IMG/VR virus record: IMGVR_UViG_3300019757_000007
Location: 1 to 64,000 of that record
Source of the DNA: a virus
Reading direction: 5' to 3' (one strand)
Length of the DNA: 64,000 nt
Position numbers and translations under genes: made by a program
In this document: piece by piece, positions 1-10,390 of the stretch
Layout: every line of letters begins with the position of its first letter
How positions within the stretch are numbered: the stretch's first letter is position 1
The notes under the pieces: model-generated
The model's database searches: none
Seen by the model: only the letters and a program-made list of their open reading frames with translations
Told to the model about the DNA's origin: nothing

Positions 1-115
1 CATTTGATCCAACATTGTTTACTGCATTTGCTAATAAATCATCTAGTGAACCAGATTTTGCTGGAACTTGTAATAATGTTGAAGATACTGGTGAAATTTT
101 AATTGTGTTTAACAT
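1..115 (-). CDS. hypothetical protein, 5' part (runs off window start)
   Basis: AAGG-type RBS, then ATG at 115 and an open frame MLNTIKISPVSS... to the window edge. Confidence 0.6.
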   Translation of the reverse strand, partial: MLNTIKISPVSSTLLQVPAKSGSLDDLLANAVNNVGSN

Positions 116-210
116 GGATATACCTTTTAATATTTAATTGAGTTTTGCTATAACTTCGGTTATAAATACATCGGTATTAAAAGTGAAAAATAAATAGGAT
201 TTAATCCTAT

Positions 211-708
211 TTATTTTAAAAATGATTTTTTAATAAATTTACAAAATTTATTAAAATCGATCCATTTAGGATCTTGGTGGGTTTTAGTTTGACCAACTAA
301 AATAGTTCCATTGTTTTTATTTACACTAAAACAATAAACACTATTTACGTTATCTTTAATTGTGTTTTTTTTTAGAGGAATAGTTTGACCTTTTAATCTA
401 TCAAGATCAAAAGTCGCATCATTTTTAGAAGTTTCTTCTTTTAATCTTTCTTTAACCATCTTCTCTAAATCTTGGCGATTACCAGTAGAAAATTTATATG
501 TTTTATTATAGTCATTTGGAAGATATCTAAATTGATTAATAAACTCAATTAAATCTTTTTTCTTAATTGTTGTAATTCCACTTACCTTTTTTTTAAAATC
601 AAAAGTTACGAAATCTATAGATTTTTTTTCTTCTAATAATACAACAACTTGTCTATCTTCATTTCTAAAGATCATTCCTGGTTCTAATATGTGTATTTTT
701 TTTTCCAT
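211..708 (-). CDS. hypothetical protein, paralog of 711-1271
   Basis: Shares PGMxF, SVYxFSVN and PKW motifs with the neighbouring ORF. Confidence 0.75.
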   Translation of the reverse strand: MEKKIHILEPGMIFRNEDRQVVVLLEEKKSIDFVTFDFKKKVSGITTIKKKDLIEFINQFRYLPNDYNKTYKFSTGNRQDLEKMVKERLKEETSKNDATFDLDRLKGQTIPLKKNTIKDNVNSVYCFSVNKNNGTILVGQTKTHQDPKWIDFNKFCKFIKKSFLK

Positions 709-710
709 TA

Positions 711-1271
711 TTATTTACCTGCTAACTTTTTAAAAAGTTCTACTGCTTTACCTGCTAATTCTTCTGTTGAAGAAGCATTTATAGAACCAGACGATAAATT
801 TTGTAAATCTTCTGGCATTACTTGTTGAAGAATTGAATCTGCTGGCATCCATTTAGGTTTTTCATCATGCTCATCTTCTCCAATAAGAACTGTTTTCTGA
901 CAAGGATTAACACTAAAAATATAAACACTCTCAACACCATGGTCATTAGGCTGTATTCTAAGAGTCTTATTTACTAATTTATCCATATTAATCATAAAAC
1001 CAGTACAATTTTTAGCTGGTTGGCCAGGAGTACCTGCAACTCCAGTTACTGTTTTAGTACTTTGATCAGTATTAAAATCATCAAGAATTGTTAATCCCTC
1101 GATTTTTTTTGCAAACTTTTTAGCATTCCAAGATTTTTGAACCCCAGGTTTTCCAGGTTTAATTACAATTACATTAATTAACTCTTTTTCTTCATCGATA
1201 GAAGTAACTGTAATTTTTATATCTTTTCCGATAAAACTCATACCGGGGATTAAAGTCGATTCTTTTTTCAT
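711..1271 (-). CDS. hypothetical protein (probable start MKKESTL at 1271)
   Basis: AGGA RBS before ATG 1271; paralog of 211-708; first gene downstream of the promoter motif at 1455-1498. Confidence 0.7.
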   Translation of the reverse strand: MKKESTLIPGMSFIGKDIKITVTSIDEEKELINVIVIKPGKPGVQKSWNAKKFAKKIEGLTILDDFNTDQSTKTVTGVAGTPGQPAKNCTGFMINMDKLVNKTLRIQPNDHGVESVYIFSVNPCQKTVLIGEDEHDEKPKWMPADSILQQVMPEDLQNLSSGSINASSTEELAGKAVELFKKLAGK

Positions 1272-1454
1272 TTGGATTTTCCTTTTTATATTTAGATATT
1301 TAGACATCGGTCTAAAAGGTTTATAAAAAAAATAGAATAAAAAAATAAAAATAAAATAAAAAGATAACTTTTTAATTCTATTAAATTACTTATTTCTAAT
1401 TCCTACATTATTTATAACAATAAAATAATATAACTTTTCAATTATACCATCTTA

Positions 1455-1498
1455 TCTGATTATAATATATCTATACTTTAGAGTACTTATTATAAAGT
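1455..1498 (-). promoter_or_regulatory. conserved 44-bp phage promoter motif, copy 1
   Basis: ACTTTA(A/T)AATAA-N-AGTATAGATATATTATAATC(A/G)(G/A)A with constant spacing in 5 intergenic regions. Confidence 0.8.
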
Positions 1499-1544
1499 AT
1501 TATATTGTATAGATATCCTGTTTTTATCCCTAAGGATTATATAA

Positions 1545-1596
1545 TAGCTTAGCTTAAGATAGCTATAGCTTAGTATAGTGAGCTAGTTCTTAGCTA
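1545..1596. repeat. AGCT-rich dispersed intergenic repeat
   Basis: Reverse complement reads TAGCTAAGAACTAGCTCACTATA, identical to the start of the copy at 32208. Confidence 0.75.
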
Positions 1597-1602
1597 TTTA
1601 CT

Positions 1603-2529
1603 TTAAAAATCCGTAGTCTCAAACCTAAGATGATTATCTCTAAATTCGGTCCTACTTTTATTAAAAAAGTAATAATCTAATTTATGCTCGTCTAATTTCA
1701 GCCATTTATTTAGATTAATTAAAGCTAAAAAAGTAGCGGCTCTTATAGCATTAACCTTTCTTTTAGATTTAATTACTGTTTTACCATCAAAATACTTATT
1801 AAATTTTTTAGGTAATTTAATAAAATCTAAAAATTTTAAAGCTGATGGTAATCGATAATCTATTGGAAAATATAAATGTTCTGAATAAGAGTGCAATAAT
1901 AAATGATTTGGTATAACATCTTTAATAAAATACCAAGCTAATATCTCTCGTTTGAAGTATCTATCATTTCCAAAAGATGGAAAAACAGTTCCTAAAAATT
2001 TAATAAAACTATCTATATCTATTTTTTTATTCAAAATTCTTGAAATATATTTTCTAACGTAGTCTACTCGTTCCCGAGAATATATAGTTATATCAAAAAA
2101 ATATTTAGTTGTTTTAATATATTTTTTTCTATTTTTAAAAGATTTATGACTAATACATTTTAATAATTTCTTATAAAATTTATGACGTTTTCGTAAATCA
2201 GAATGAAAAAATAAAGACAACGTTTTATTATCTAGTATTTTATAGATTCTATCTAATAAATCAGAACTGTTAAATAATTGCTTTTCTCCCCAAAAATTAT
2301 AATTATACATATTAATAATAATACTTCTAAGGATTAAATTTTCTGGAGAAATACTTTTATTATCCCCACCATAGATATTTTTTTTATGTTGATAAGATTC
2401 GGTTATTTCTTTTAATAACTTATCTTTTTCATAAGAATCTAAATTACCTTCAGGAGTATCAAAATATTTAATTTTAGGATAACTTTTTAGATCTGTTTTA
2501 GCATTATTAATTATTTTTTTTAATAACAT
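1603..2529 (-). CDS. queuosine salvage (QNG1/DUF2419)-like nucleotide N-glycosylase/hydrolase
   Basis: Motifs YNFW, YFKRE, PIDYRLP, IRAAT, LDYYFF and C-terminal HLRFETTDF parallel the family NFxFW, FxKRA, ADYxxP, EIR, DxxLW and HHxTxTxxY motifs. Confidence 0.7.
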   Translation of the reverse strand: MLLKKIINNAKTDLKSYPKIKYFDTPEGNLDSYEKDKLLKEITESYQHKKNIYGGDNKSISPENLILRSIIINMYNYNFWGEKQLFNSSDLLDRIYKILDNKTLSLFFHSDLRKRHKFYKKLLKCISHKSFKNRKKYIKTTKYFFDITIYSRERVDYVRKYISRILNKKIDIDSFIKFLGTVFPSFGNDRYFKREILAWYFIKDVIPNHLLLHSYSEHLYFPIDYRLPSALKFLDFIKLPKKFNKYFDGKTVIKSKRKVNAIRAATFLALINLNKWLKLDEHKLDYYFFNKSRTEFRDNHLRFETTDF

Positions 2530-2936
2530 TATTTATCCTTTATATAAAAAATAATTTTATTATGAGTAATTACAAAACCATTTACATGAAAAAAATCATT
2601 TAATTCTTCTTTAAATTGATTCTCAATATGTTCCATAATTTCCGATTTCATTCCTTTTTCTAATTCTTCCTCAGTTAAAAAATGATCTGGTAACCAGGCA
2701 CCTCTATTATGAAATTTAGTATTCTTCTTTACTAAGAATTTATTATTTAATCCGTCGAGACTAAACTTAACTCTATTTTTATCTAACCAAGTATATACTA
2801 AAGTATCTGAGTATAAATCTATATTTAAGAAAGCCGCTTTTAATATAGCTTGTCTTGGTACCAAATACAGATCATGAGGTTTTTCTTCTGGAACCATTTC
2901 TTGCTCTGCTTCTTGTAAAGTATCCATTAACCCCAT
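2529..2936 (-). CDS. hypothetical protein
   Basis: 135-aa ORF with stop/start overlaps to both neighbours. Confidence 0.7.
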   Translation of the reverse strand: MGLMDTLQEAEQEMVPEEKPHDLYLVPRQAILKAAFLNIDLYSDTLVYTWLDKNRVKFSLDGLNNKFLVKKNTKFHNRGAWLPDHFLTEEELEKGMKSEIMEHIENQFKEELNDFFHVNGFVITHNKIIFYIKDK

Positions 2937-3511
2937 TATTTTACCTTTTCTACTTCAACATTATCAGCTACTAACCTTACTTTATTTTTTTCAGCTTCTG
3001 CTTTTTCTTTACGAATACGTTCGGCTTCTTTTCTAGATTTCTCTTGTTGTTTAAGAGCATCCGCTCGAGCTTTCAAGTCTTTATTTTTTTGAATCATTTC
3101 TTCTATTTTTTTCTGTTCTCTTTTAGCAGCTTCTTCTTCAGCCTCTTTAGTCATAGTTCTTAATAGAGCATGTAACTTCAAAAGTTCTTGAGTATTTCTT
3201 GTGTATACATTCGAGTATCTATCTATAATCTCTTTAATATTTCTATTATCTTCTTGGAATGCAGTAATCTTACTAGTAAGATTTCCACTCTTTTTAAAAT
3301 TAAGGTGATGAGTTTTTTCTAATTTTTCAAATTCTAATAAGAAACCTTTTTCTATTAACTTCTTATTTTCTTTTTTTAAAGAACTAACAGTTGATTTTAG
3401 GTAATCTATTTCTTTAACATAATTATATTTATCATGTACTACACTATTTAAAAAATAAATTAATATAGCTGTTATTATAAGACACCATACTATAGTTTGA
3501 TTTTTTGTCAT
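2936..3511 (-). CDS. membrane-anchored coiled-coil protein
   Basis: N-terminal hydrophobic helix followed by an E/K/A-rich coiled coil. Confidence 0.65.
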   Translation of the reverse strand: MTKNQTIVWCLIITAILIYFLNSVVHDKYNYVKEIDYLKSTVSSLKKENKKLIEKGFLLEFEKLEKTHHLNFKKSGNLTSKITAFQEDNRNIKEIIDRYSNVYTRNTQELLKLHALLRTMTKEAEEEAAKREQKKIEEMIQKNKDLKARADALKQQEKSRKEAERIRKEKAEAEKNKVRLVADNVEVEKVK

Positions 3512-3570
3512 ATTTTTTTCCTTTGTAATTTAACGACAGGAAGGCTGGATGAGATTCCTCATCCATTTTC

Positions 3571-4215
3571 CTAAGTTCTTGAAAAAGCAGCCGCGGCTTC
3601 TCTTTCTTTTAATAATTTTTGATTAACAGTTTCATTAGCTAAAGCTTCTATTTGCTTAGCAACTCCAACTGCATGCCATTTATCTAAACTTAATTGAATT
3701 TGTGAATTTCCTTTATAATTAATATAAATTCTTTTCTTACCTCTAAATTCTCCGGCTCCAATACTACATTGTTTTGTAACACCTTGACCATTTGCAGATG
3801 CTTTTGAACTATCAGTATATACAACAAAGTCGGCATCTCCACCTTCCCCTTTAACAGCCATAAGAATAGCTTCACCCATAGCAAATAAATCCCGAACACT
3901 AATTTTCATAGTTTCTTTTGCAGCTTGATTATATGTAATTCCGGTAGCTTTTGTATTATCTGGAATACCGGGAATAACTGTTACAAATGCTGAGGCTTCT
4001 GGAAATTTTTTACTTAAGTCTACAAACCCAGTAACCTCAAATAATTGTTTGGCAGTATAGTTAATTTTTCCAACAATATGATTATTATATTCTCTTGCTG
4101 GTCCAGAAGTTTGAACTCCTGCTGGTGCGGTTCCTGGAACTGGTGCTCCTGTTTGTACTGGTGCTACTCCTGCTGGTGGTACTGACATATTTTTTCCTTT
4201 GAGGCTATTCGCCAA
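3571..4215 (-). CDS. putative Whirly-like ssDNA-binding protein
   Basis: YNQAAKETMKISVRDL, VYTDSSKASANGQGVTKQCSI and IQLSLDKWH resemble Whirly YDWxxKxxFxLSxxE, FFHDPxKGxSxxGxVxKxL and IxIPVTxxE. Confidence 0.45.
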   Translation of the reverse strand: MANSLKGKNMSVPPAGVAPVQTGAPVPGTAPAGVQTSGPAREYNNHIVGKINYTAKQLFEVTGFVDLSKKFPEASAFVTVIPGIPDNTKATGITYNQAAKETMKISVRDLFAMGEAILMAVKGEGGDADFVVYTDSSKASANGQGVTKQCSIGAGEFRGKKRIYINYKGNSQIQLSLDKWHAVGVAKQIEALANETVNQKLLKEREAAAAFSRT

Positions 4216-4429
4216 TATGATTGCTAGTTAAATTTTTACCTTGCTCGGTTACATAAAATAACTCTTGTTTACCATATTCTTCATTATTTAAAATAATACC
4301 ATTATCCGGAAGAATTTCAATTTCATATCCGTACATAATATTTTTTAATTTTTCAATGGCATCTTCTTCATTCTTTCCAACTACCGTAGTAATTTCCATC
4401 TCACTGAAGAGAGTTATTTTAAAATCCAT
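4205..4429 (-). CDS. hypothetical protein
   Basis: 74-aa ORF within the operon. Confidence 0.6.
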   Translation of the reverse strand: MDFKITLFSEMEITTVVGKNEEDAIEKLKNIMYGYEIEILPDNGIILNNEEYGKQELFYVTEQGKNLTSNHIGE

Positions 4430-4854
4430 TAAAATAAATCATCCACATCAATTCCTAAATCTATATCTACTCCATCAACATTTATTGGAGCAGTAGTATC
4501 TAGGTTAGATAATTTGGCTTCTATCGCAGAAGCCCCATCCTCTATTTGAGAAGCGAAAACTCTACCAGTATCATTTTCATATTTTTTTAAATGAGTTTCT
4601 AAATCAGTTAAAAAAGTATCTTGTAATTTTAAAGCATCGGCTTCAGCTTGACTTCCAATTTTAACTGGAACTAGAACCATTTTATGATCCATAGAATCTA
4701 ATAAATTATTTAAACCCTTTTCACCCATTTTATCTTGCTTTCCAGCTAAGAAATATCTTACTCCAAGATAACTTCCTGGTAAATTTAAATCTTTTAAAAA
4801 TGTTGTTTTGTTTGGGATTTTTGAAATAATTTCTTTTAACTTTGTATAAAACAT
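4429..4854 (-). CDS. hypothetical protein, possible N-terminal HTH, acidic tail
   Basis: Helical N-terminus; C-terminus DIDLGIDVDDLF. Confidence 0.55.
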   Translation of the reverse strand: MFYTKLKEIISKIPNKTTFLKDLNLPGSYLGVRYFLAGKQDKMGEKGLNNLLDSMDHKMVLVPVKIGSQAEADALKLQDTFLTDLETHLKKYENDTGRVFASQIEDGASAIEAKLSNLDTTAPINVDGVDIDLGIDVDDLF

Positions 4855-4887
4855 ATATGTTTCCTTTTATGGCTTTTAGCCCATTTT

Positions 4888-6186
4888 TTAATAACTAAGA
4901 GTTTTAAACTCTCCAGTACATAAGAATGGATCTTCTAACTCATTTACTTCCTTTAATGATTGAACATTCTTTGGGTTTCTTTGAGGTATAAATCTAATAT
5001 CTGATGCTATGGTTAAATTATTATTCTTTGGTATTAAATTCGATTTTCTACCCAGTTTAAAATAATCATAAGGTGCTCCTTCTTTAAAGGCTACTGTATA
5101 TATCTCTGGCTTTAATTTATATAAAGAAATAATAGCATTTCTATTAAGTAAATAATCCTTTTGAGATAAAGTAGTTTCAAAGAATTCGGTATGTATATTA
5201 TTATTTTTTGAACTTACTGGTTCGCTAAATTTTCCATTTACATTTTCTATAGTTAATTTTTGAGATACTTCTTCTGGATCAATTACATAAGATGTATTAT
5301 CATAAGTATTCTTTACAGAATGTTTACAGCTAATAAATCTATTACTAAATGTATTTCCAAAATAATTTCCATTTTTAACTATTATAGGTTGAGACTGAAC
5401 TTGAACTGTACTATCCTTTTCAAATAAAGCACATTCGGTACTTTGATTTCTCCAAGATGATGGATCTTTAAAATCTATCATAATTAATTCAGTACAGTTT
5501 TTTGAAACTCTTGCATCAAATCCCTCATCAAATCCATATTCTATTGGATTTAAGGAGAATGGATAAGTGCCAAGCATATACTCAATATTATCATAATTAC
5601 TTTTATTAACTGGAAAACTTAAATCGGTATAACCAGTTGAACTCATATTCTCAGTACAATAATTCTGAACGCTAAATCCAGAACCATAAGTATCTATTAA
5701 TATTTTTGGTAATTTTTCAAATATAAGAGTTGTACTTTTCTTAAACCCACCAGAGCCATTTACTTCCGTATTTACAGCTCCTAGAGTTTTCTCCCTTTCT
5801 AATTTATTCATTATAATTGATTTTAATATGATATTAGAATCGGTTAAATCAGCTCCCGCAATTGCTTCTTTACTTGTATCAAAATCAGCAGTTACTACAT
5901 TATAAAAATTATTATAAAAAGTAACTCCTTGTTGAGACACATTAATTTCAATAAAATATAAATTACTATTTAAGGCAGTAATTAATTCTATTGGAACTTG
6001 ATTCAATTTTAATTGAGCTAATGGAATTTTTTTATTAACTAGGGATTTACTTTGAGCAAAATAACCTATATTTACAGCACCAAAATTAGCTTTATGAAAA
6101 GCTAATACAGTTGGGTCTAATGAAGCTACATCCGCGGAATTAAAATGGATAGTAGCTTTTATATTATAATATAGATTAGAAGCCAT
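4888..6186 (-). CDS. hypothetical protein (432 aa)
   Basis: Long ORF with no recognised motif. Confidence 0.75.
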   Translation of the reverse strand: MASNLYYNIKATIHFNSADVASLDPTVLAFHKANFGAVNIGYFAQSKSLVNKKIPLAQLKLNQVPIELITALNSNLYFIEINVSQQGVTFYNNFYNVVTADFDTSKEAIAGADLTDSNIILKSIIMNKLEREKTLGAVNTEVNGSGGFKKSTTLIFEKLPKILIDTYGSGFSVQNYCTENMSSTGYTDLSFPVNKSNYDNIEYMLGTYPFSLNPIEYGFDEGFDARVSKNCTELIMIDFKDPSSWRNQSTECALFEKDSTVQVQSQPIIVKNGNYFGNTFSNRFISCKHSVKNTYDNTSYVIDPEEVSQKLTIENVNGKFSEPVSSKNNNIHTEFFETTLSQKDYLLNRNAIISLYKLKPEIYTVAFKEGAPYDYFKLGRKSNLIPKNNNLTIASDIRFIPQRNPKNVQSLKEVNELEDPFLCTGEFKTLSY

Positions 6187-6195
6187 TTAATACCC

Positions 6196-7056
6196 CTAAT
6201 CTAATCGTCTGTCTACATGTATTCTTGGAGAATATCTTAGACCATTTTGTAGAGCCATTTTTGAAGATGCGTCTTTAGATGCTTCCCAAATATCTCTATC
6301 TTTATCCAATGGATCTTCTGGAGTCCAAGGCATAACTAGAATATTTCTATTTTCAAAACCAGCTTCTTTTACAAGATTAATTAATTTGAATAATAAGAAG
6401 TTATCTTTAGCGCCTTCTTTATACACAAATTTAAAATTAATTGGATAATGAATTAAATAAGTTTTACAGTTATCGATAACTTTTGAATACATCTCAAAGA
6501 TTTCATCATCAGTTAAAGAACCAGCATAACATTCTTCTGCATCAATTTTTGGACTAATAGTTAACATAGTATTGATACCTAAATCATTTTTAATAGTATT
6601 AAAAGTTTTTAGTACTTTAAGAACCACATCATCTTTACTTAAAAGATTTCCATTACTCTCAATTCCTAAATAATCCAAAGACTTAGATTCTAAATCTTGA
6701 CCCCAATGAAATATCTGAGGGATAAATTCAATAAAATGTAAAGGTTCCCCACCTGTAATAGTCATTCTTTTAATTTCTTTTCCAGCCATTTCAGTTTGTA
6801 CTTTTTCAGTTAATGAACCAAGTTCATCTTTACCATCTTTTACAAACCAAGAATATTTAGAATCACACCAAGTACAAGAAGCAGAATAGCAACCGGCTAA
6901 TCTAATATATAAAGATGGTTCTCCAATAGCCCCACCCTCTCCTTCTAAACTACAAAACCATTGACTAATCTTTGGAAACTTATTAATAGTATCAAAAAAT
7001 AATTTCTTATCTTTTAAGTTATTATTTTCTGTTATTAAATCTCTTTCATTTTTCAT
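6196..7056 (-). CDS. queE: 7-carboxy-7-deazaguanine synthase (radical SAM)
   Basis: FxSLEGEG, IRLAGC-x4-C-x2-CDS, ITGGEP, IESNG, TISPK, YSPRIH. Confidence 0.88.
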   Translation of the reverse strand: MKNERDLITENNNLKDKKLFFDTINKFPKISQWFCSLEGEGGAIGEPSLYIRLAGCYSASCTWCDSKYSWFVKDGKDELGSLTEKVQTEMAGKEIKRMTITGGEPLHFIEFIPQIFHWGQDLESKSLDYLGIESNGNLLSKDDVVLKVLKTFNTIKNDLGINTMLTISPKIDAEECYAGSLTDDEIFEMYSKVIDNCKTYLIHYPINFKFVYKEGAKDNFLLFKLINLVKEAGFENRNILVMPWTPEDPLDKDRDIWEASKDASSKMALQNGLRYSPRIHVDRRLD

Positions 7057-7107
7057 TTTCTTCCTTTTTAATTTAGGTATATACTATTATATCTTTAATA
7101 TCTTATA

Positions 7108-7611
7108 CTAGTTCTTCTTTTCTTTATTTATATTATCCCACGGAAAATTAATCCAACCATCTGGTTTTTCTAATCCCCAATAATCGGCTCTTTGTGGAGA
7201 TTCATTATGAACTGGTTTCTTATTTTGATATATACAAGCCACTTTAGAATTAATTTTTTCAGAATGAAAAAACCCTCTAATTAATTTAACTGTTTCTCCA
7301 GAATCAATTAAATCATCAACAATTAATACATTAATTAATCTATCTTCCGCTGGATTTAATAAACCTAATTTTTCAATTTTTGCAATACACGTATTAATTT
7401 CAGTACTGGCTCTATTAATATTATCTCTTAATTGCACACTAATACTTTCTACATTTTTAACATCTAAACCATATGCAATATATTGAGCTGGAACTAGACC
7501 GCCTCTAGCTAATCCAATAATCACATCAGGATAAAAATTACTAGCTTTCACTTGTTTAATTATTTCTCTAACACCATTTTCTATATCATTTATTTCGATA
7601 TTTATTGCCAT
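7108..7611 (-). CDS. purine phosphoribosyltransferase (Gpt/XGPRT-like)
   Basis: IIGLARGGLVPA, PRPP-binding VLIVDDLIDSGET, WINFPWD. Confidence 0.88.
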   Translation of the reverse strand: MAINIEINDIENGVREIIKQVKASNFYPDVIIGLARGGLVPAQYIAYGLDVKNVESISVQLRDNINRASTEINTCIAKIEKLGLLNPAEDRLINVLIVDDLIDSGETVKLIRGFFHSEKINSKVACIYQNKKPVHNESPQRADYWGLEKPDGWINFPWDNINKEKKN

Positions 7612-9297
7612 ATCATTCCTTTTTTATTTTTAATAATCTTAGCCGATTTATAATTATGTACTTCTCCCATCCGAGGAATATCTTCTCTAATTTTATACGC
7701 ACAAATTCTTCCCGTCATTCTATGAACTGACTGGATCATCCAAGGATAGATATAATGTTCTTTTCTATCATGAAAATCACCATTATCTAATTTAGCATAA
7801 TAAAACCGGTGGATATGGTTTAAAACGATATGTTCATTATTTAAAAGAATTTTTCCATTTTCCGAATTAGTCACAAAGTAATTATAATCTTCAATTTTTA
7901 TACAAACATCCGTTTCTTTAAAAACTATGTACTTATCCATAATAATTTCGTGATCTGGATATAATTTTAATAGATCGGGTATACTAAATAATATTACCAA
8001 TACCCTTCCACTTCTCCAATTACTTGGAGCCAGGTTTTCAATTTCAGTTCCTCTTGAAAATACTTTAGTAAATACATTTCTACTCATGATCGAGCCAAAG
8101 ATTAGGAATTAAACGACCTACTTTTTGCATTAAAGTAGAACATTCTTTTTTATTGATATTTTCTGTTTGATCAAAACTTCTTTTTTGAAAATCCTCAATC
8201 TCTTTTATTAATTCTAAAAGTTTTTCTTTATCATGATAATCATTTTCATAATTACTTAAAGAACCCCAATATTGAGCAACTCTTTTTAATTTAGTATTTA
8301 ATAGTTCTAAAATAAAAAAATAATCAGTATCCCGATCGTTATATATTACTTTTCTATAAGCTATTAAATTACCAAGTCCAACGAAAAATCTACTTATTTT
8401 TCCTAACATTTTATTTCCTTATTTAAAATATATTCCAGTTTTTTCAAATAAATCATCATTACTAAATTGATATAATTCATCTAAAAAGATAACGCTATCT
8501 TTATAAGTAGCTATTGGATAATCCATTATATCTTTATCATGAGTTCTAATAATATAACCCATTTTAATTCTACCATCATCATTCATAACTATTAAAACAT
8601 CCTTATTCTCAATATTAACATAACTATTATTTAAGTGATAATTAATTCTTAAAAGACTTTGAGGAATAGTAAAATTATCTCTCCATCTATATCGATAATT
8701 TAATCGGGGATCAATACTCTTATAATAAAGACCAAAGGCAAAATTATTATATTCATTTCCAATACTATGATTTTCCATAAAATTACGAGAATGATAATCT
8801 ATTACCCTCACTCTAGCTGTTTTACGATTACTTCTATATAATAAATTATATATACCACAATAATCATTGTCTAATGATAAAAAGATTAATAAAGTTTCTA
8901 TAAACATAATACAAAATAAAGCTGGTATTTCAAATAATGTAAATAAATTTAAACCGAAAAAATTTCCTATATACCATTTATTTTTTTTATAAGTTACATT
9001 CATAAATACATGTAATTGATTCATATAATAATCAGGTAAAACTATATTATGTTTCCCAAATTTATTAAATAATTTAAGAATTTTTAAGAATAAAAAGAAA
9101 CGGGTATGATAAAAAAGTAAAAAGGTAAAATCCCTAATTGGATATATCACCATACGCATAATTGGGTTACTATTAAAATTTCTATATAAATTATGAGTAA
9201 TCGAATAATAAAACAGAGTAAGTATTATTATATCGACCCCATTATCTTTTAAATTAAATCTTTTTTTACTTTTAAAATTTTTATAATCATATATCAA
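7602..9297 (-). CDS. three hypothetical proteins (7602-8087, 8080-8409, 8419-9297)
   Basis: Contiguous ORFs with no recognised motif. Confidence 0.6.
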
Positions 9298-10390
9298 AAA
9301 ATACCTCCTTGTTTAATTTTTTAAATCTTAGCAAATCATCTTGCTTAGTATAATGTAAATTATTTCTAAAAGTATACATTAGTGACCTACCATTAGTAGT
9401 AGCACTCATAATACTATTATTATAATTATTTAAAGACCACTGTAACTCCATAAATTTTAATTTATTATCTAATAAATATACAATAAGTGTATCGAAAATA
9501 TTGTACGTAAGATAACCAACTATATTATTAAGATAATTCCAATTGAATCCTCCAGGTAAATCTAACTTATTTATTTTTAACTCTACTTCAGCTACTGTAT
9601 TTAATTTATAATTAGGTAACGATTTACCTAATCCCCCACCCATTTGATCTACTGGTTTATATAATTTTAATATATCTACCTTTAGATAATCTGGCCAATC
9701 GTAAGAATTTCCTCTTTTTTGAATTTGAGCAAACTCCGATATAATTCTAGCTGCTTTATCTTTACCAACTAAGTTAATTAGTCGGTTAGTTATATAAGGA
9801 TCATCAAACAGATCACTATTAAATCCAATTAAGAATAAAGATTGTTCATCTATTCTATCTTTAAAGAAAGCCGATAATAATTCAACCTCATCTTTAAATG
9901 GAATAACATTTATTTCTATATTGGGAATTTTATAGGCTGGATTAGTTACACATAAATCATCGTATAACTTTCTTACCTCTTCTTGAATAACAGCTGTGTC
10001 TCTAATATTTGGATACATCATTCCTGCATTTGGATCATTAGTAAGATTGGCCTGTAGTTGAGTTAAGTAATAAACATCTACTTTATTTAAAACTGAATTA
10101 TAGGCCGCTATTGCATTTACTTGCCTACTAGCTTTTTCTGGATCTGGAAAGTATGGTTCATCTACCCAAGTCTCAATATCATAATAAGTTTTATTAAGAA
10201 CTTTTAACTGAGGATCTGGTTCAATAAACCCTTTCTTTTTAAAATCATGAAAAGCATAAGCACTTGGATTAAAATCAACATTATAAAATCTATAAAATTT
10301 TAAATCTTCTTTTATTCTATTCATCAATTCTTTTTTTACTTTATTATCTAGAATTACTTGATGATTAGTAAATGGAACTTTTGGTATCAT
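9287..10390 (-). CDS. family B DNA polymerase, N-terminal/3'-5' exonuclease fragment
   Basis: ExoI YDIET..FPDP, ExoII GFNSDLFDDPYI, YKLNTVAEVEL, ExoIII YNIFD; ends before polymerase motif A. Confidence 0.82.
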   Translation of the reverse strand: MIPKVPFTNHQVILDNKVKKELMNRIKEDLKFYRFYNVDFNPSAYAFHDFKKKGFIEPDPQLKVLNKTYYDIETWVDEPYFPDPEKASRQVNAIAAYNSVLNKVDVYYLTQLQANLTNDPNAGMMYPNIRDTAVIQEEVRKLYDDLCVTNPAYKIPNIEINVIPFKDEVELLSAFFKDRIDEQSLFLIGFNSDLFDDPYITNRLINLVGKDKAARIISEFAQIQKRGNSYDWPDYLKVDILKLYKPVDQMGGGLGKSLPNYKLNTVAEVELKINKLDLPGGFNWNYLNNIVGYLTYNIFDTLIVYLLDNKLKFMELQWSLNNYNNSIMSATTNGRSLMYTFRNNLHYTKQDDLLRFKKLNKEVFFDI

